This document shows, one piece after another, positions 27,598 through 36,681 of a DNA stretch of 64,000 nt. The stretch comes from an uncultured Gemmatimonadaceae bacterium. GTDB taxonomy: Bacteria > Gemmatimonadota > Gemmatimonadetes > Gemmatimonadales > GWC2-71-9. The notes beneath the pieces were generated by a model. The model did not search any database. It saw nothing but the letters and a program-made list of their open reading frames with translations, and was not told where the DNA came from. The stretch is from NCBI GenBank assembly GCA_964638035.1, contig CAZWXD010000006.1:274-64273 (forward strand), written 5' to 3'. The translations under genes and the position numbers were made by a program. Every line of letters starts with the position of its first letter. Position 1 is the stretch's first letter.

Positions 27598-28850
27598 CGC
27601 CAGAGATGAAGGGCTTCCTCCTGGTCGCGGTCATCAAGCTGCTGGCGGTGTTCACCATCACCATGGTGGGCGTTGCGTACATGACCCTGGCCGAACGGAA
27701 GGTCTCGGCATGGATGCAGAACCGCCGGGGGCCGAACCGGATCGGCTGGGCCGGCCTCCTGCAGCCGGTGGCGGACGGCATCAAGAACCTGATCAAGGAA
27801 GAGACCGCGCCCCCGATGGCGACCCGGATGCTCTTCTTCCTGGCGCCGGTGCTGGCCTTCGTGCCGGCGCTCATGCTCTCGTCCGCCATTCCGTGGGCGA
27901 GCCCCCTGCCGCTCGAGTTCGACGTGACCCTGCCGCTGCTGGGGCACGTGGTCCATCACGGGGTGACACCGCTGGCGGTGATGGACCTCTCGGTCGGGTT
28001 CCTGTACATCATCGCGATCTCCTCCCTCGGCGTGTACGGCATCGTGCTCGCCGGCTGGGCGTCCAACAGCAAGTACAGCCTCCTGGGCGGGCTCCGGGCC
28101 GCCGGGCAGATGGTGTCGTACGAGGTGGCCCTCGGGATGAGCCTCATCCCGGTGCTGCTCCTGAGCGGGAGCGTGGCCTTCCCGAAGGTCATCGCGGCGC
28201 AGCAGGAGGGGACCTGGTTCGTCATCCCCCTCCTGCTGGTCTCGTTCCTCTTCCTCGTCTCGGGCTTTGCCGAGACCAACCGGGCGCCCTTCGACCTCCC
28301 CGAGGCCGAGTCGGAGCTGGTGGCGGGCTACCACACCGAGTACAGCGCCTTCAAGTTCTCGATGTTCTTCATCGCCGAGTACGCCAACATCATGACCTTC
28401 TCGGCGCTGACGACCGTGCTCTTCCTGGGCGGGTGGGACATCCCCTTCACCCACTGGGACGAGGTCCCGGGCGTGGCCCAGTCGCTGGCGACCGGCCTCG
28501 TCATGGCGGCCAAGACCGCGTCGCTCATCTTCGTGGTGATGTGGGTGCGGTGGACCGTGCCCCGCTTCCGCTACGACCAGCTCATGGACCTCGGGTGGAA
28601 GATCCTGGTGCCCACGGCGCTGGTGTGCATCGTCGTGCTCGCCGTGGCGCTGTACCTCATCGAGCACGTTGCCGGGATCACCGCACCACGGGCGCAGATG
28701 CTCTGGCTTGGCGGGCTCAGCCTGGCGTGCGCCGCCATCTTCTTCGTGCTGCTCGACCGGGGCACCCTCATCACGGGCAGTGCCGCGCAGGCCCGCCGGG
28801 CCGCGCTCCGCCAGGCGGGGCGGCCCGTGCGGGTGGGGGGGAGGGGCTGA
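27594..28850 (+). CDS. nuoH: NADH-quinone oxidoreductase subunit H with C-terminal extension
   Basis: [43 protein letters not shown]. An extra hydrophobic segment and Arg-rich tail make up the last ~65 aa. Confidence 0.93.
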   Translation: MTPEMKGFLLVAVIKLLAVFTITMVGVAYMTLAERKVSAWMQNRRGPNRIGWAGLLQPVADGIKNLIKEETAPPMATRMLFFLAPVLAFVPALMLSSAIPWASPLPLEFDVTLPLLGHVVHHGVTPLAVMDLSVGFLYIIAISSLGVYGIVLAGWASNSKYSLLGGLRAAGQMVSYEVALGMSLIPVLLLSGSVAFPKVIAAQQEGTWFVIPLLLVSFLFLVSGFAETNRAPFDLPEAESELVAGYHTEYSAFKFSMFFIAEYANIMTFSALTTVLFLGGWDIPFTHWDEVPGVAQSLATGLVMAAKTASLIFVVMWVRWTVPRFRYDQLMDLGWKILVPTALVCIVVLAVALYLIEHVAGITAPRAQMLWLGGLSLACAAIFFVLLDRGTLITGSAAQARRAALRQAGRPVRVGGRG

Positions 28851-29368
28851 TGGCCATCGGCGTGAAGGTCCTCAAGCGGCCCGAGGTGCGGGTGAGCTAC
28901 GTGCGTGCCTCGCTCAAGGGCATGGCCCTCACCTTCCGGCACATGTTCCGGACGAAGGTCACCATGCAGTACCCCGAGGAGCGGAGCACCGCCGACCAGC
29001 GCGGCACGTGGTCCATCTCCAACCGCTGGCGCGGCACCCACCGCATGCTCACCGACGAGCAGGGCCGGGCCAAGTGCGTCGCCTGCGGCCTTTGTCCGCA
29101 GGTGTGCCCGGCCAACTGCATCAAGCTCGTCCCGGGTGAGGACGAGGAGGGCAACCGCTACCCGCTCATCTACGAGATCGACGAGTTCCGCTGCGTCTTC
29201 TGCGGGTACTGCCAGGAGGTCTGCCCGGAGGAGGCGATCCACGTGGGCGTCCACTACGAGAACTCCGAGTACTCCCGCGGGCGGTTCGTCTACGACCTGG
29301 AGCGGCTCTGCTCCCAGACCCAGCCCGTCTCCACCCTGTGGGACCCGTCCGACCCGAGGGGCGAGTAG
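28850..29368 (+). CDS. nuoI: NADH-quinone oxidoreductase subunit I
   Basis: Two ferredoxin motifs, CVACGLCPQVCP and CVFCGYCQEVCP. ATG 28850 overlaps the nuoH stop. Confidence 0.95.
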   Translation: MAIGVKVLKRPEVRVSYVRASLKGMALTFRHMFRTKVTMQYPEERSTADQRGTWSISNRWRGTHRMLTDEQGRAKCVACGLCPQVCPANCIKLVPGEDEEGNRYPLIYEIDEFRCVFCGYCQEVCPEEAIHVGVHYENSEYSRGRFVYDLERLCSQTQPVSTLWDPSDPRGE

Positions 29369-29369
29369 C

Positions 29370-29918
29370 ATGGAACGGGGCGTGTTCTGGTTCTTCTTCG
29401 CGACCGCCGTCGCCTCGGCGGCCATGTGCGTCCTGCGGCGGAACCCCATCAGTGCCGCCATGTGGCTCGTGTCCACCATGTTCTCGCTGGCTGCCATCTT
29501 CGTCCTCCTCGACGCGCCGTTCCTCGCCGCCATCCAGGTGCTGGTGTACGCCGGTGCCGTCATGGTGCTCTTCCTGTTCGTCATCATGCTGCTCAACCTC
29601 GAGGCCACCCCCAGCGACCTCCGGGGGCCGCTCAGCCTCGGTGCGGCCGTGGCGGTGGCGGGCCTCCTCGTGGTGGAACTCGGCGCGCTGTGGGCCTACT
29701 CGCCGGCGCGGCTCGCCACCGAGTTGCTCGGGGCCCCCGAGGGCGCCGACCTCTCGGTGCTCTTCCCGGCAGCCCTGGGCCGCACGCCGCCCGGGAACGT
29801 CGTGCTCGACGTGGCGCAGCCGCTGTTCGGGCCCTACCTCGTGCCCTTCGAGGTCGCGGGCTTCCTGCTCCTCGCCGCCCTCGTCGGGGCGGTGGTCCTG
29901 GCCAAGCGGAGGATCTGA
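29370..29918 (+). CDS. nuoJ: NADH-quinone oxidoreductase subunit J
   Basis: AAIQVLVYAGAVMVLFLFVIMLL motif, five hydrophobic segments, position in the operon. Confidence 0.9.
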   Translation: MERGVFWFFFATAVASAAMCVLRRNPISAAMWLVSTMFSLAAIFVLLDAPFLAAIQVLVYAGAVMVLFLFVIMLLNLEATPSDLRGPLSLGAAVAVAGLLVVELGALWAYSPARLATELLGAPEGADLSVLFPAALGRTPPGNVVLDVAQPLFGPYLVPFEVAGFLLLAALVGAVVLAKRRI

Positions 29919-30224
29919 GTGGATTCGAGCCTGCTGGGTCCGTCGCTGGCGCTGTCCGGCATCCTGTTCAGCATCGGGGTGCTGGGCGCGCTGCTGCGGC
30001 GGAACGCGATCATCGTGTTCATGTGCGTCGAGCTCATGCTCAACGCGGTCAACCTGGCCTTCGTGGCCTTTGCGCGGTACCACGGCTTCGGGGGGCACGT
30101 CATGGTGTTCTTCGTGATGACCGTCGCGGCCGCCGAGGCCGCGGTCGGGCTCGCGATCATGCTGGCGCTCTTCCGGCACAACCAGACCCTGGACCTCCAG
30201 GACATCAACCTCCTCCACGGCTGA
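29919..30224 (+). CDS. nuoK: NADH-quinone oxidoreductase subunit K
   Basis: 101 aa, three TM helices, [16 protein letters not shown] motif. Confidence 0.93.
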   Translation: MDSSLLGPSLALSGILFSIGVLGALLRRNAIIVFMCVELMLNAVNLAFVAFARYHGFGGHVMVFFVMTVAAAEAAVGLAIMLALFRHNQTLDLQDINLLHG

Positions 30225-32239
30225 TGCTCGCATCCTCACTGGACTCGGGAGCGGGGGCGCTGTCGCAGGCCCCTGGCGCGTACCTCTGGCTCGCGGTGCT
30301 GCTGCCGCTCGCCGGCTTTGCCGTCAACGGGCTGCTGGCGCTGGTGCGCCCGGGAGCCAGGCGCCTCGTGGACCTGGTGGGTCCCGGGGTGCTGGTGGGC
30401 AGCTTCGTGATGATGGTGCTGGCGGTCCGGGCCCTGGCGGCACCCGGGGGACCGGAGGCGATCGAGGTGACGCTCTGGCACTGGATCGCGACCGGCGGCC
30501 TCGACATCGGCATGACCTTCCGGCTGGACCACCTCTCCGGCGTGATGGCGCTCGTCGTCACCGGGGTTGGCAGCCTCATCCACGTCTTCAGCGTCGGCTA
30601 CATGCGGGAGGACCCGGGCTACGCCCGCTACTTCGCCTACCTGAACCTCTTCATCGTGTGCATGCTGGTCCTGGTCCTGGCCTCGTCCATGCCGGTGCTG
30701 TTCATCGGCTGGGAGGGCGTGGGCCTCTGTTCCTACCTCCTCATCGGGTTCTGGTTCGAGGTGGAGGCGAACGCCACCGCCGGCAAGAAGGCGTTCCTGA
30801 TGAACCGCATCGGCGATGCCGGCTTCCTCATCGCCATGTTCCTGGCGTGGGACGCCCTGGGGACGCTCGACTTCGCGGCGGTCGCGGCCCGTGCGCCCGG
30901 GGCGCTGGCACTGAACGGCACCGTGGTGACGCTGATCGCGCTGTGCATCACCGTGGGCTGCATCGGCAAGTCGGCCCAGATCCCCCTGTACACCTGGCTG
31001 CCCGACGCCATGGCGGGTCCGACACCTGTCTCGGCGCTCATCCACGCCGCCACCATGGTGACGGCAGGCGTCTACCTCGTGGCGCGAACCAGCGTCGTCT
31101 TTGCCCTGGCGCCCACGGCATCGCTGGTGGTGGCCTGCGTGGGTGCGGCCACGGCACTCTTCGCCGCCACCATCGCGCTCCGGCAGGATGACATCAAGAA
31201 GGTGCTGGCATTCTCCACGGTCTCGCAGCTGGGGTTCATGTTCCTGGCCGTCGGGTCGGGTGCCTGGGTGGCCGGCATCTTTCACCTCGTCACCCATGCC
31301 TTCTTCAAGGCGGTGCTCTTCCTCGGGTCGGGCAGCGTGATCCACGCGATGCACGGGGCGCTGCATGCCACGCACAGCCACGCTGATGCGCAGGACATGC
31401 GGAACATGGGCGGGTTGCGGCGCTGGATGCCCTGGACCTGGGGGCTCATGTGGATCGCGACCCTGGCCATCGCCGGCATCCCGCCCCTGGCCGGGTTCTT
31501 CTCCAAGGACGAGATCCTCGCCTCGGCCTTCGGCCGCGCGGGTGGGGCAGGCGTGATGTACGTGCTCTGGGGCATGGCGACGCTCGCCTCCCTCCTCACC
31601 GCGATCTACATGGCCCGCCTCATGGCGCTCACCTTCCACGGGACCAACCGCACCGGCGCCGCCGAGCAGGAGCACCTGCACGAGGCGCCCTGGGTCATGA
31701 CCGCTCCGCTGGCGGTGCTGGGCGTGCTGAGCGCGGTGGGGGGCTGGCTCAACGTGCCCCACGCCCTGGGTGGCCACGCCTGGCTGCACGGGTGGCTCGA
31801 GCCGGTGCTGGCGCCGGCCGCCGCGATCCTGCCCGCCGCGATGCCCTCCCATGCCACGGAGCTGGCCCTCATGGGGTTCGCCGTGCTGGTCGGCGTGGTG
31901 GGCCTGCTCATCGGCTTCCGCGGCACCATGCGCAGGGAGGTGCTGTTGCCGGCGGATGCGCCGCCGGAGACGGGGTTCCGCGCACTCCTTGCGGCGCAGT
32001 ACCACGTGGACCGGATCTATGACCGCCTGGTGGTGCGGCCGCTCACCTGGTTCTCGCGGGTGGTGCTCTGGCGCTTCTTCGACCAGGGCGTGCTCGATGG
32101 CGTGTTCGTGAACGGCTCGGCGCGGATCCTCCAGGGACTGGGCTGGCTCGGGAGCCGGTTCCAGACCGGGCAGGTCGGCCTCTACCTCCTCCTCATCGTG
32201 GCCGGCGCGGTCTGGGCGCTCGGCTACGTCCTCCGGTGA
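30224..32239 (+). CDS. nuoL: NADH-quinone oxidoreductase subunit L
   Basis: WEGVGLCSYLLIGFW, SAQIPLYTWLPDAMAGPTPVSALIHAATMV. ATG 30224 inside ORF 29426..32239. Confidence 0.95.
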   Translation: MLASSLDSGAGALSQAPGAYLWLAVLLPLAGFAVNGLLALVRPGARRLVDLVGPGVLVGSFVMMVLAVRALAAPGGPEAIEVTLWHWIATGGLDIGMTFRLDHLSGVMALVVTGVGSLIHVFSVGYMREDPGYARYFAYLNLFIVCMLVLVLASSMPVLFIGWEGVGLCSYLLIGFWFEVEANATAGKKAFLMNRIGDAGFLIAMFLAWDALGTLDFAAVAARAPGALALNGTVVTLIALCITVGCIGKSAQIPLYTWLPDAMAGPTPVSALIHAATMVTAGVYLVARTSVVFALAPTASLVVACVGAATALFAATIALRQDDIKKVLAFSTVSQLGFMFLAVGSGAWVAGIFHLVTHAFFKAVLFLGSGSVIHAMHGALHATHSHADAQDMRNMGGLRRWMPWTWGLMWIATLAIAGIPPLAGFFSKDEILASAFGRAGGAGVMYVLWGMATLASLLTAIYMARLMALTFHGTNRTGAAEQEHLHEAPWVMTAPLAVLGVLSAVGGWLNVPHALGGHAWLHGWLEPVLAPAAAILPAAMPSHATELALMGFAVLVGVVGLLIGFRGTMRREVLLPADAPPETGFRALLAAQYHVDRIYDRLVVRPLTWFSRVVLWRFFDQGVLDGVFVNGSARILQGLGWLGSRFQTGQVGLYLLLIVAGAVWALGYVLR

Positions 32240-32243
32240 CCGG

Positions 32244-33803
32244 ATGACCGACTTCCTGCAGGCCATCGGGTACGGGCGCTGGATCCTCAACGTGCTCCTC
32301 CTCCTGCCCATGGTGGGGGTGGCGCTGGTGCTGCTGGCGCCGGAGCGATGGGCCCGGTGGCTCACGCTGGTGGTGGCGGTGGCCGAGTTCGTGCTGGCCC
32401 TCGGCCTCTGGTGGGCCTTCGATCCCTCCAACGGCGGGATGCAGTTCGAGTCTTCGTTCGCCTGGCTGCCGGAGTGGGGCATCAACTACCGTGTGGGCCT
32501 CGACGGCCTCTCGCTCTTCATGGTGCTGCTGGCCACGGCGATGATGCCCCTGCTCGTCTGGGGCAGCTGGTACGCCATCGACCAGAAGGTCCGGGGCTAC
32601 TACGCCCTCCTCCTGGCGCTCAAGACCGGGATGATCGGCGTGTTCGTGTCGCTGGACCTCTTCCTCTTCTACTGCTTCTGGGAGGTCCTCCTCATCCCGA
32701 TGTACTTCATCATCGGGAGCTGGGGCAGCACCAACCGGATCTATGCCGCCACCAAGTTCATCATCTACACCTTTGCCGGGTCCGTCCTGATGCTCATCGC
32801 CATCATCGCGATGGTGGCGATCATCGGGCGCGACACCGGCGTGGTGTCGTTCGACTACGACCACCTGGTCCGGAACAGCCAGCTGCTGGCGCCCCATGCG
32901 CCGTGGCTCTTCAGTGCCTTCGCGCTCGCCTTCGCGGTGAAGGTCCCCATCTTCCCGTTCCACACGTGGCTGCCGTACGCACACGTGGAGGCGCCAACCG
33001 CCGGGAGCGTGGACCTGGCCGTGATCCTCCTGAAGATGGGCACCTACGGCTTCCTGCGGTTTGCCGTGCCGTTCTTCCCGGCCTTCGCGCTGAGCCGCAC
33101 CGTGGCGGCCGTCTTCGTCGCGCTGGCCGTGATCGGCATCCTCTACGCCGCGCTCGTGTCGATGGTGCAGCCCGACCTGAAGAAGCTCGTGGCCTATTCC
33201 TCGGTGAGCCACCTGGGCTTCGTGATGCTGGGCATCTGGGGCGCGACCGTGGCGAGCGTGCAGGGCGCGATCATGGTGATGATCGCCCATGGCATCTCCA
33301 CCGGCGCGCTCTTCTTCCTCGTCGGCATGCTGTATGAGCGGCGGCACACGCGACTCCTGGCCGACTACGGCGGCGTCGCTCGCGTGGCCCCGCTCCTGGG
33401 CACGGCGTTCGTGATCACCGCCTTTGCCAGCGCCGGCCTGCCCGGCCTCAACGGGTTCATCGGCGAGTTCCTGGTGCTCCTCGGCAGCTTTGGCCGGTTC
33501 CCGGTGGCGACGGCCCTCGCCACCCTGGTGGTGATCTTCTCCGCGGCGTACCTCCTCATTGCCACGCAGCGGGTGTTCTTCAACCCGCTGGTGGACGAGG
33601 AGAACCGGTCAATGAAGGATGCCACCGGCCGCGAACTCGCCGTGCTGATCCCCCTCGTGGCGGCCATGGTGTGGATGGGCCTCTACCCGCAGCCGCTCCT
33701 GCGGCGCACCGAGGCGGCGGCCCGCCGCTACGTGGAGATCGTGACGCCCTACCTCCCGCCGGCGCACACCGTGGAGGTGTCGGGCGCGGAGGTGCGGCCG
33801 TGA
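32244..33803 (+). CDS. nuoM: NADH-quinone oxidoreductase subunit M
   Basis: FYCFWEVLLIPMYFIIGSWG, FPFHTWLPYAHVEAPTAGSV, KKLVAYSSVSHLGF. Confidence 0.95.
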   Translation: MTDFLQAIGYGRWILNVLLLLPMVGVALVLLAPERWARWLTLVVAVAEFVLALGLWWAFDPSNGGMQFESSFAWLPEWGINYRVGLDGLSLFMVLLATAMMPLLVWGSWYAIDQKVRGYYALLLALKTGMIGVFVSLDLFLFYCFWEVLLIPMYFIIGSWGSTNRIYAATKFIIYTFAGSVLMLIAIIAMVAIIGRDTGVVSFDYDHLVRNSQLLAPHAPWLFSAFALAFAVKVPIFPFHTWLPYAHVEAPTAGSVDLAVILLKMGTYGFLRFAVPFFPAFALSRTVAAVFVALAVIGILYAALVSMVQPDLKKLVAYSSVSHLGFVMLGIWGATVASVQGAIMVMIAHGISTGALFFLVGMLYERRHTRLLADYGGVARVAPLLGTAFVITAFASAGLPGLNGFIGEFLVLLGSFGRFPVATALATLVVIFSAAYLLIATQRVFFNPLVDEENRSMKDATGRELAVLIPLVAAMVWMGLYPQPLLRRTEAAARRYVEIVTPYLPPAHTVEVSGAEVRP

Positions 33804-35308
33804 ACCCGGTCGACCTGCAGCACCCGCTCGGACTCACGGTGGCCTTCCTGCCATCCCTGGTGCTGGGACTCTGGTCGCTGGTCGTGCTCCTGGTCGTGGC
33901 CTGGCGCCACGAGAGTGAGGGCGACAGCCGCCTGGCGGGGTGGCTCTCGGTGGCCGGCGTGCTGCTGGCCCTCGGGGCGGTCGGGTACCTCTGGCAGTCG
34001 GGCGCGCGGGCGGCCGGCGTGCCCCACATGGCCTACCTCGACCACTACCGCTATGCCAGCGAGGCCCTGCTGCTGGGCATCGCGGGTGCCACCTGCCTCC
34101 TGTCGCTCCGGTTCCTCGGGCGGCAGCGCCTGCTGGCGCCGGAGTACTACGTGCTGGTGTTGCTCGCCACGGTGGGCATGCAGCTCATGGTGACCGCCTC
34201 GGACTTCATGCTGCTCTTCCTCGGGCTCGAGCTCATGTCGATGTCGGTGTACGTGCTCGCCGGCTTCGACCGGTTCCGCCGGTCCTCCGCCGAGGCGGCC
34301 CTGAAGTACTTCCTCATCGGGGCCTTCGCCTCGGCGTTCCTGCTGTACGGCATCGCGCTCGTGTACGGGGCCACCGGGCAGACCAACTACGTCCTGGCCG
34401 GGGCCCAGCTGGGCGGCGGCACGCCGACGCTGCTGGCGCGGGCCGGCCTCGGCCTGCTGCTCGTCGGCTTCGGGTTCAAGGTGGCCGCGGTGCCGTTCCA
34501 CATGTGGGCACCGGATGTCTACGACGGGGCACCCACGCCGGTGGTTGGCTTCATGGCCACCGCGGTGAAGGCGGCTGCCTTCCTGGCCCTGATGCGGGTG
34601 CTCACCGATGCCTTCGGTACCATGACCACCACCTGGCAACCGGTCATCTACCTGCTGGCCGTGCTGTCGATGGTCGTCGGCAACATCGTGGCCCTCGCCC
34701 AGTCGTCACTCAAGCGGCTGCTGGCCTACAGCTCCATCGCCCATGCCGGGTACCTGCTGGTCGGCGTGTGGACCGCGACCGACCTCGGCCGGGCGTCGGT
34801 GCTCTTCTACGTGCTGGCCTACTGCATCACCTCGCTGGCTGCGTTCGGCGTCATCGCGGCGATCGAGCGGGTCGGGTCCCGCACCGTGATGATGGAGGAC
34901 ATCGAGGGCTTCTTCCGCGTGCGCCCCTGGGGCGCGCTCTCCATGGCGGTGTGCCTGCTCTCGTTGCTGGGCTTCCCCGGCACCTTCGGCTTCATCGGCA
35001 AGTGGTACCTCATCACGGCGGCGCTGCAGCAGGGCGAGGTCCTCCTGCCGGTGCTCATTGGGCTCGGGAGCCTGGTGTCGCTGGGCTACTACCTCCCCGT
35101 CGTGATGGCCATGACCCTCAAGGCCGAGCGCACGCCGGACGCACACCGCCAGGTGCTCTTCTCCCGCGCGGGGAAGGCCATCATCGCTGCCGCGGTCCTG
35201 GCCATCCTGGTCTTCGGGGTGTGGCCCCGGAGGCTGATCGGGGCGGCCGAGCGCACGACTGCCGGCATGGGGACCGAGGTCGTGGCACCTGCGAGGAGCA
35301 ACCCATGA
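33800..35308 (+). CDS. nuoN: NADH-quinone oxidoreductase subunit N
   Basis: LGLELMSMSVYVLAG, PFHMWAPDVYDGAPTPV, KRLLAYSSIAHAGY. GTG 33800 overlaps the nuoM stop (GTGA). Confidence 0.92.
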   Translation: MNPVDLQHPLGLTVAFLPSLVLGLWSLVVLLVVAWRHESEGDSRLAGWLSVAGVLLALGAVGYLWQSGARAAGVPHMAYLDHYRYASEALLLGIAGATCLLSLRFLGRQRLLAPEYYVLVLLATVGMQLMVTASDFMLLFLGLELMSMSVYVLAGFDRFRRSSAEAALKYFLIGAFASAFLLYGIALVYGATGQTNYVLAGAQLGGGTPTLLARAGLGLLLVGFGFKVAAVPFHMWAPDVYDGAPTPVVGFMATAVKAAAFLALMRVLTDAFGTMTTTWQPVIYLLAVLSMVVGNIVALAQSSLKRLLAYSSIAHAGYLLVGVWTATDLGRASVLFYVLAYCITSLAAFGVIAAIERVGSRTVMMEDIEGFFRVRPWGALSMAVCLLSLLGFPGTFGFIGKWYLITAALQQGEVLLPVLIGLGSLVSLGYYLPVVMAMTLKAERTPDAHRQVLFSRAGKAIIAAAVLAILVFGVWPRRLIGAAERTTAGMGTEVVAPARSNP

Positions 35309-36675
35309 ACGTGCCGAAGACGATCTTCCGGCAGTACGACGTGCGCGGCATCGTGGACCGCGAGCTCACGCCCGCGTTCGCCCGTGCCCTGGGCCGGGCC
35401 TTCGCCAGCGCCGGCTTCGTGCGGCTGGGTCGCGCCCCGGTGCTGGCGGTCGGACGGGACAATCGCCCATCGGGCGAGGCGCTGGCCGCGGGCTTCCGCG
35501 CCGGGATCGTGGCGGCGGGAGGCACCGCGGTGGACGTCGGCCTCCTGCCAACCCCGGCGCTCTACTTCGCCGTGCACGAACTCGGCACGGATGGCGGCTG
35601 CCAGGTGACGGGGTCCCACAACCCGCCCGAGTTCAATGGCTTCAAGATGGTGCTGGCCGGGGACTCCATGCACGGGGACGAGATCCTGGCCCTGTGGGAG
35701 ACCATCATGCAGGAGTCGTGGCGCACCGGTCAGGGCCGCGAAACTGCCGACGGCACGGTGCTGGCCAGGTACCGCGACGCCATCGTCGCGCGGCACCAGC
35801 TCAGCCGGCCGGTGCGCGTGGTCGTGGACTGCGGCAACGGGGCAGGGAGCGTGATCGCCGTGCCGACGCTGCGTGCGCTTGGCGCGGAGGTCATCCCGCT
35901 CTTCTGCGAGTCGGATGGCACGTTCCCCAACCACCATCCCGACCCGACCGTGCCGGAGAACCTCCGCGATTTGCAAGCCGAGGTGCGGCGGCACGGCACG
36001 GAGCTGGGGATCGCCTTCGATGGTGACGCGGACCGGATCGGCGCCGTGGATGAGGTGGGCACCGTGATCTACGGCGACCAGCTCCTGGTGCTGTTCGGTC
36101 GCGATGCCGTGCGGCGCTTCGGGCCTGGCACGCCGGTGGTGTTCGACGTGAAGTGCTCGGAGGTGCTGCCCGAGGCGCTCGCACGGGCCGGGGCCCGGCC
36201 CGAGATGTGGAAGACGGGCCACTCGCTCATCAAGGCCCGCATGAAGGAGCTCAAGGCGCCCCTGGCCGGCGAAATGAGCGGCCACATGTTCTTCGGGGGC
36301 GACTACCTCGGCTTCGACGACGCCATCTTCGCGGCAGCACGCCTGCTCGAGATCGTGAGCCGCGGGCCGCACGGGCTCGCCCCCCTCCTCGCCGACCTGC
36401 CGCGGACCTTTGCCACCCCCGAGCTCCGGGTCGCATGTCCCGAGGACCTGAAGTTCGCCATCGCGGATCGCGCCGTCGCCCACTTCAGCGCGCGCTACCC
36501 GGTCAACACCATCGATGGCGTGCGCATGACGTTCCCGAAGGGATGGGGGCTCATCCGCTCCTCCAATACGCAGCCCGTGCTGGTGCTTCGCTTCGAGGCC
36601 ACCGAGGAGGACGCGCTGTCGGCGTACCAGGACGAAGTGATGGCCTGGCTGCGCAGCCAGGGCGTCCAGACCTAG
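35305..36675 (+). CDS. Phosphomannomutase/phosphoglucomutase (alpha-D-phosphohexomutase family)
   Basis: Active-site loop VTGSHNPPEFNGFKM, metal site FDGDADRIG, GEMSGHMFF. ATG 35305 overlaps the nuoN stop. Confidence 0.9.
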   Translation: MNVPKTIFRQYDVRGIVDRELTPAFARALGRAFASAGFVRLGRAPVLAVGRDNRPSGEALAAGFRAGIVAAGGTAVDVGLLPTPALYFAVHELGTDGGCQVTGSHNPPEFNGFKMVLAGDSMHGDEILALWETIMQESWRTGQGRETADGTVLARYRDAIVARHQLSRPVRVVVDCGNGAGSVIAVPTLRALGAEVIPLFCESDGTFPNHHPDPTVPENLRDLQAEVRRHGTELGIAFDGDADRIGAVDEVGTVIYGDQLLVLFGRDAVRRFGPGTPVVFDVKCSEVLPEALARAGARPEMWKTGHSLIKARMKELKAPLAGEMSGHMFFGGDYLGFDDAIFAAARLLEIVSRGPHGLAPLLADLPRTFATPELRVACPEDLKFAIADRAVAHFSARYPVNTIDGVRMTFPKGWGLIRSSNTQPVLVLRFEATEEDALSAYQDEVMAWLRSQGVQT

Positions 36676-36681
36676 CCCGGC

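Noticed and set aside
30236-32485. 749-aa reverse-strand ORF antisense to nuoL/nuoM
   Set aside because: It has a His/Arg/Gly/Glu-rich nonsense composition. The sense strand encodes canonical antiporter-like subunits.
33940-36675. 911-aa ORF suggesting a large fusion protein ending in phosphomannomutase
   Set aside because: The first 455 codons are an alternate frame over nuoN with an Arg/Gly/Pro-rich translation. The real gene starts at ATG 35305 (MNVPKTIFRQYDVRG).
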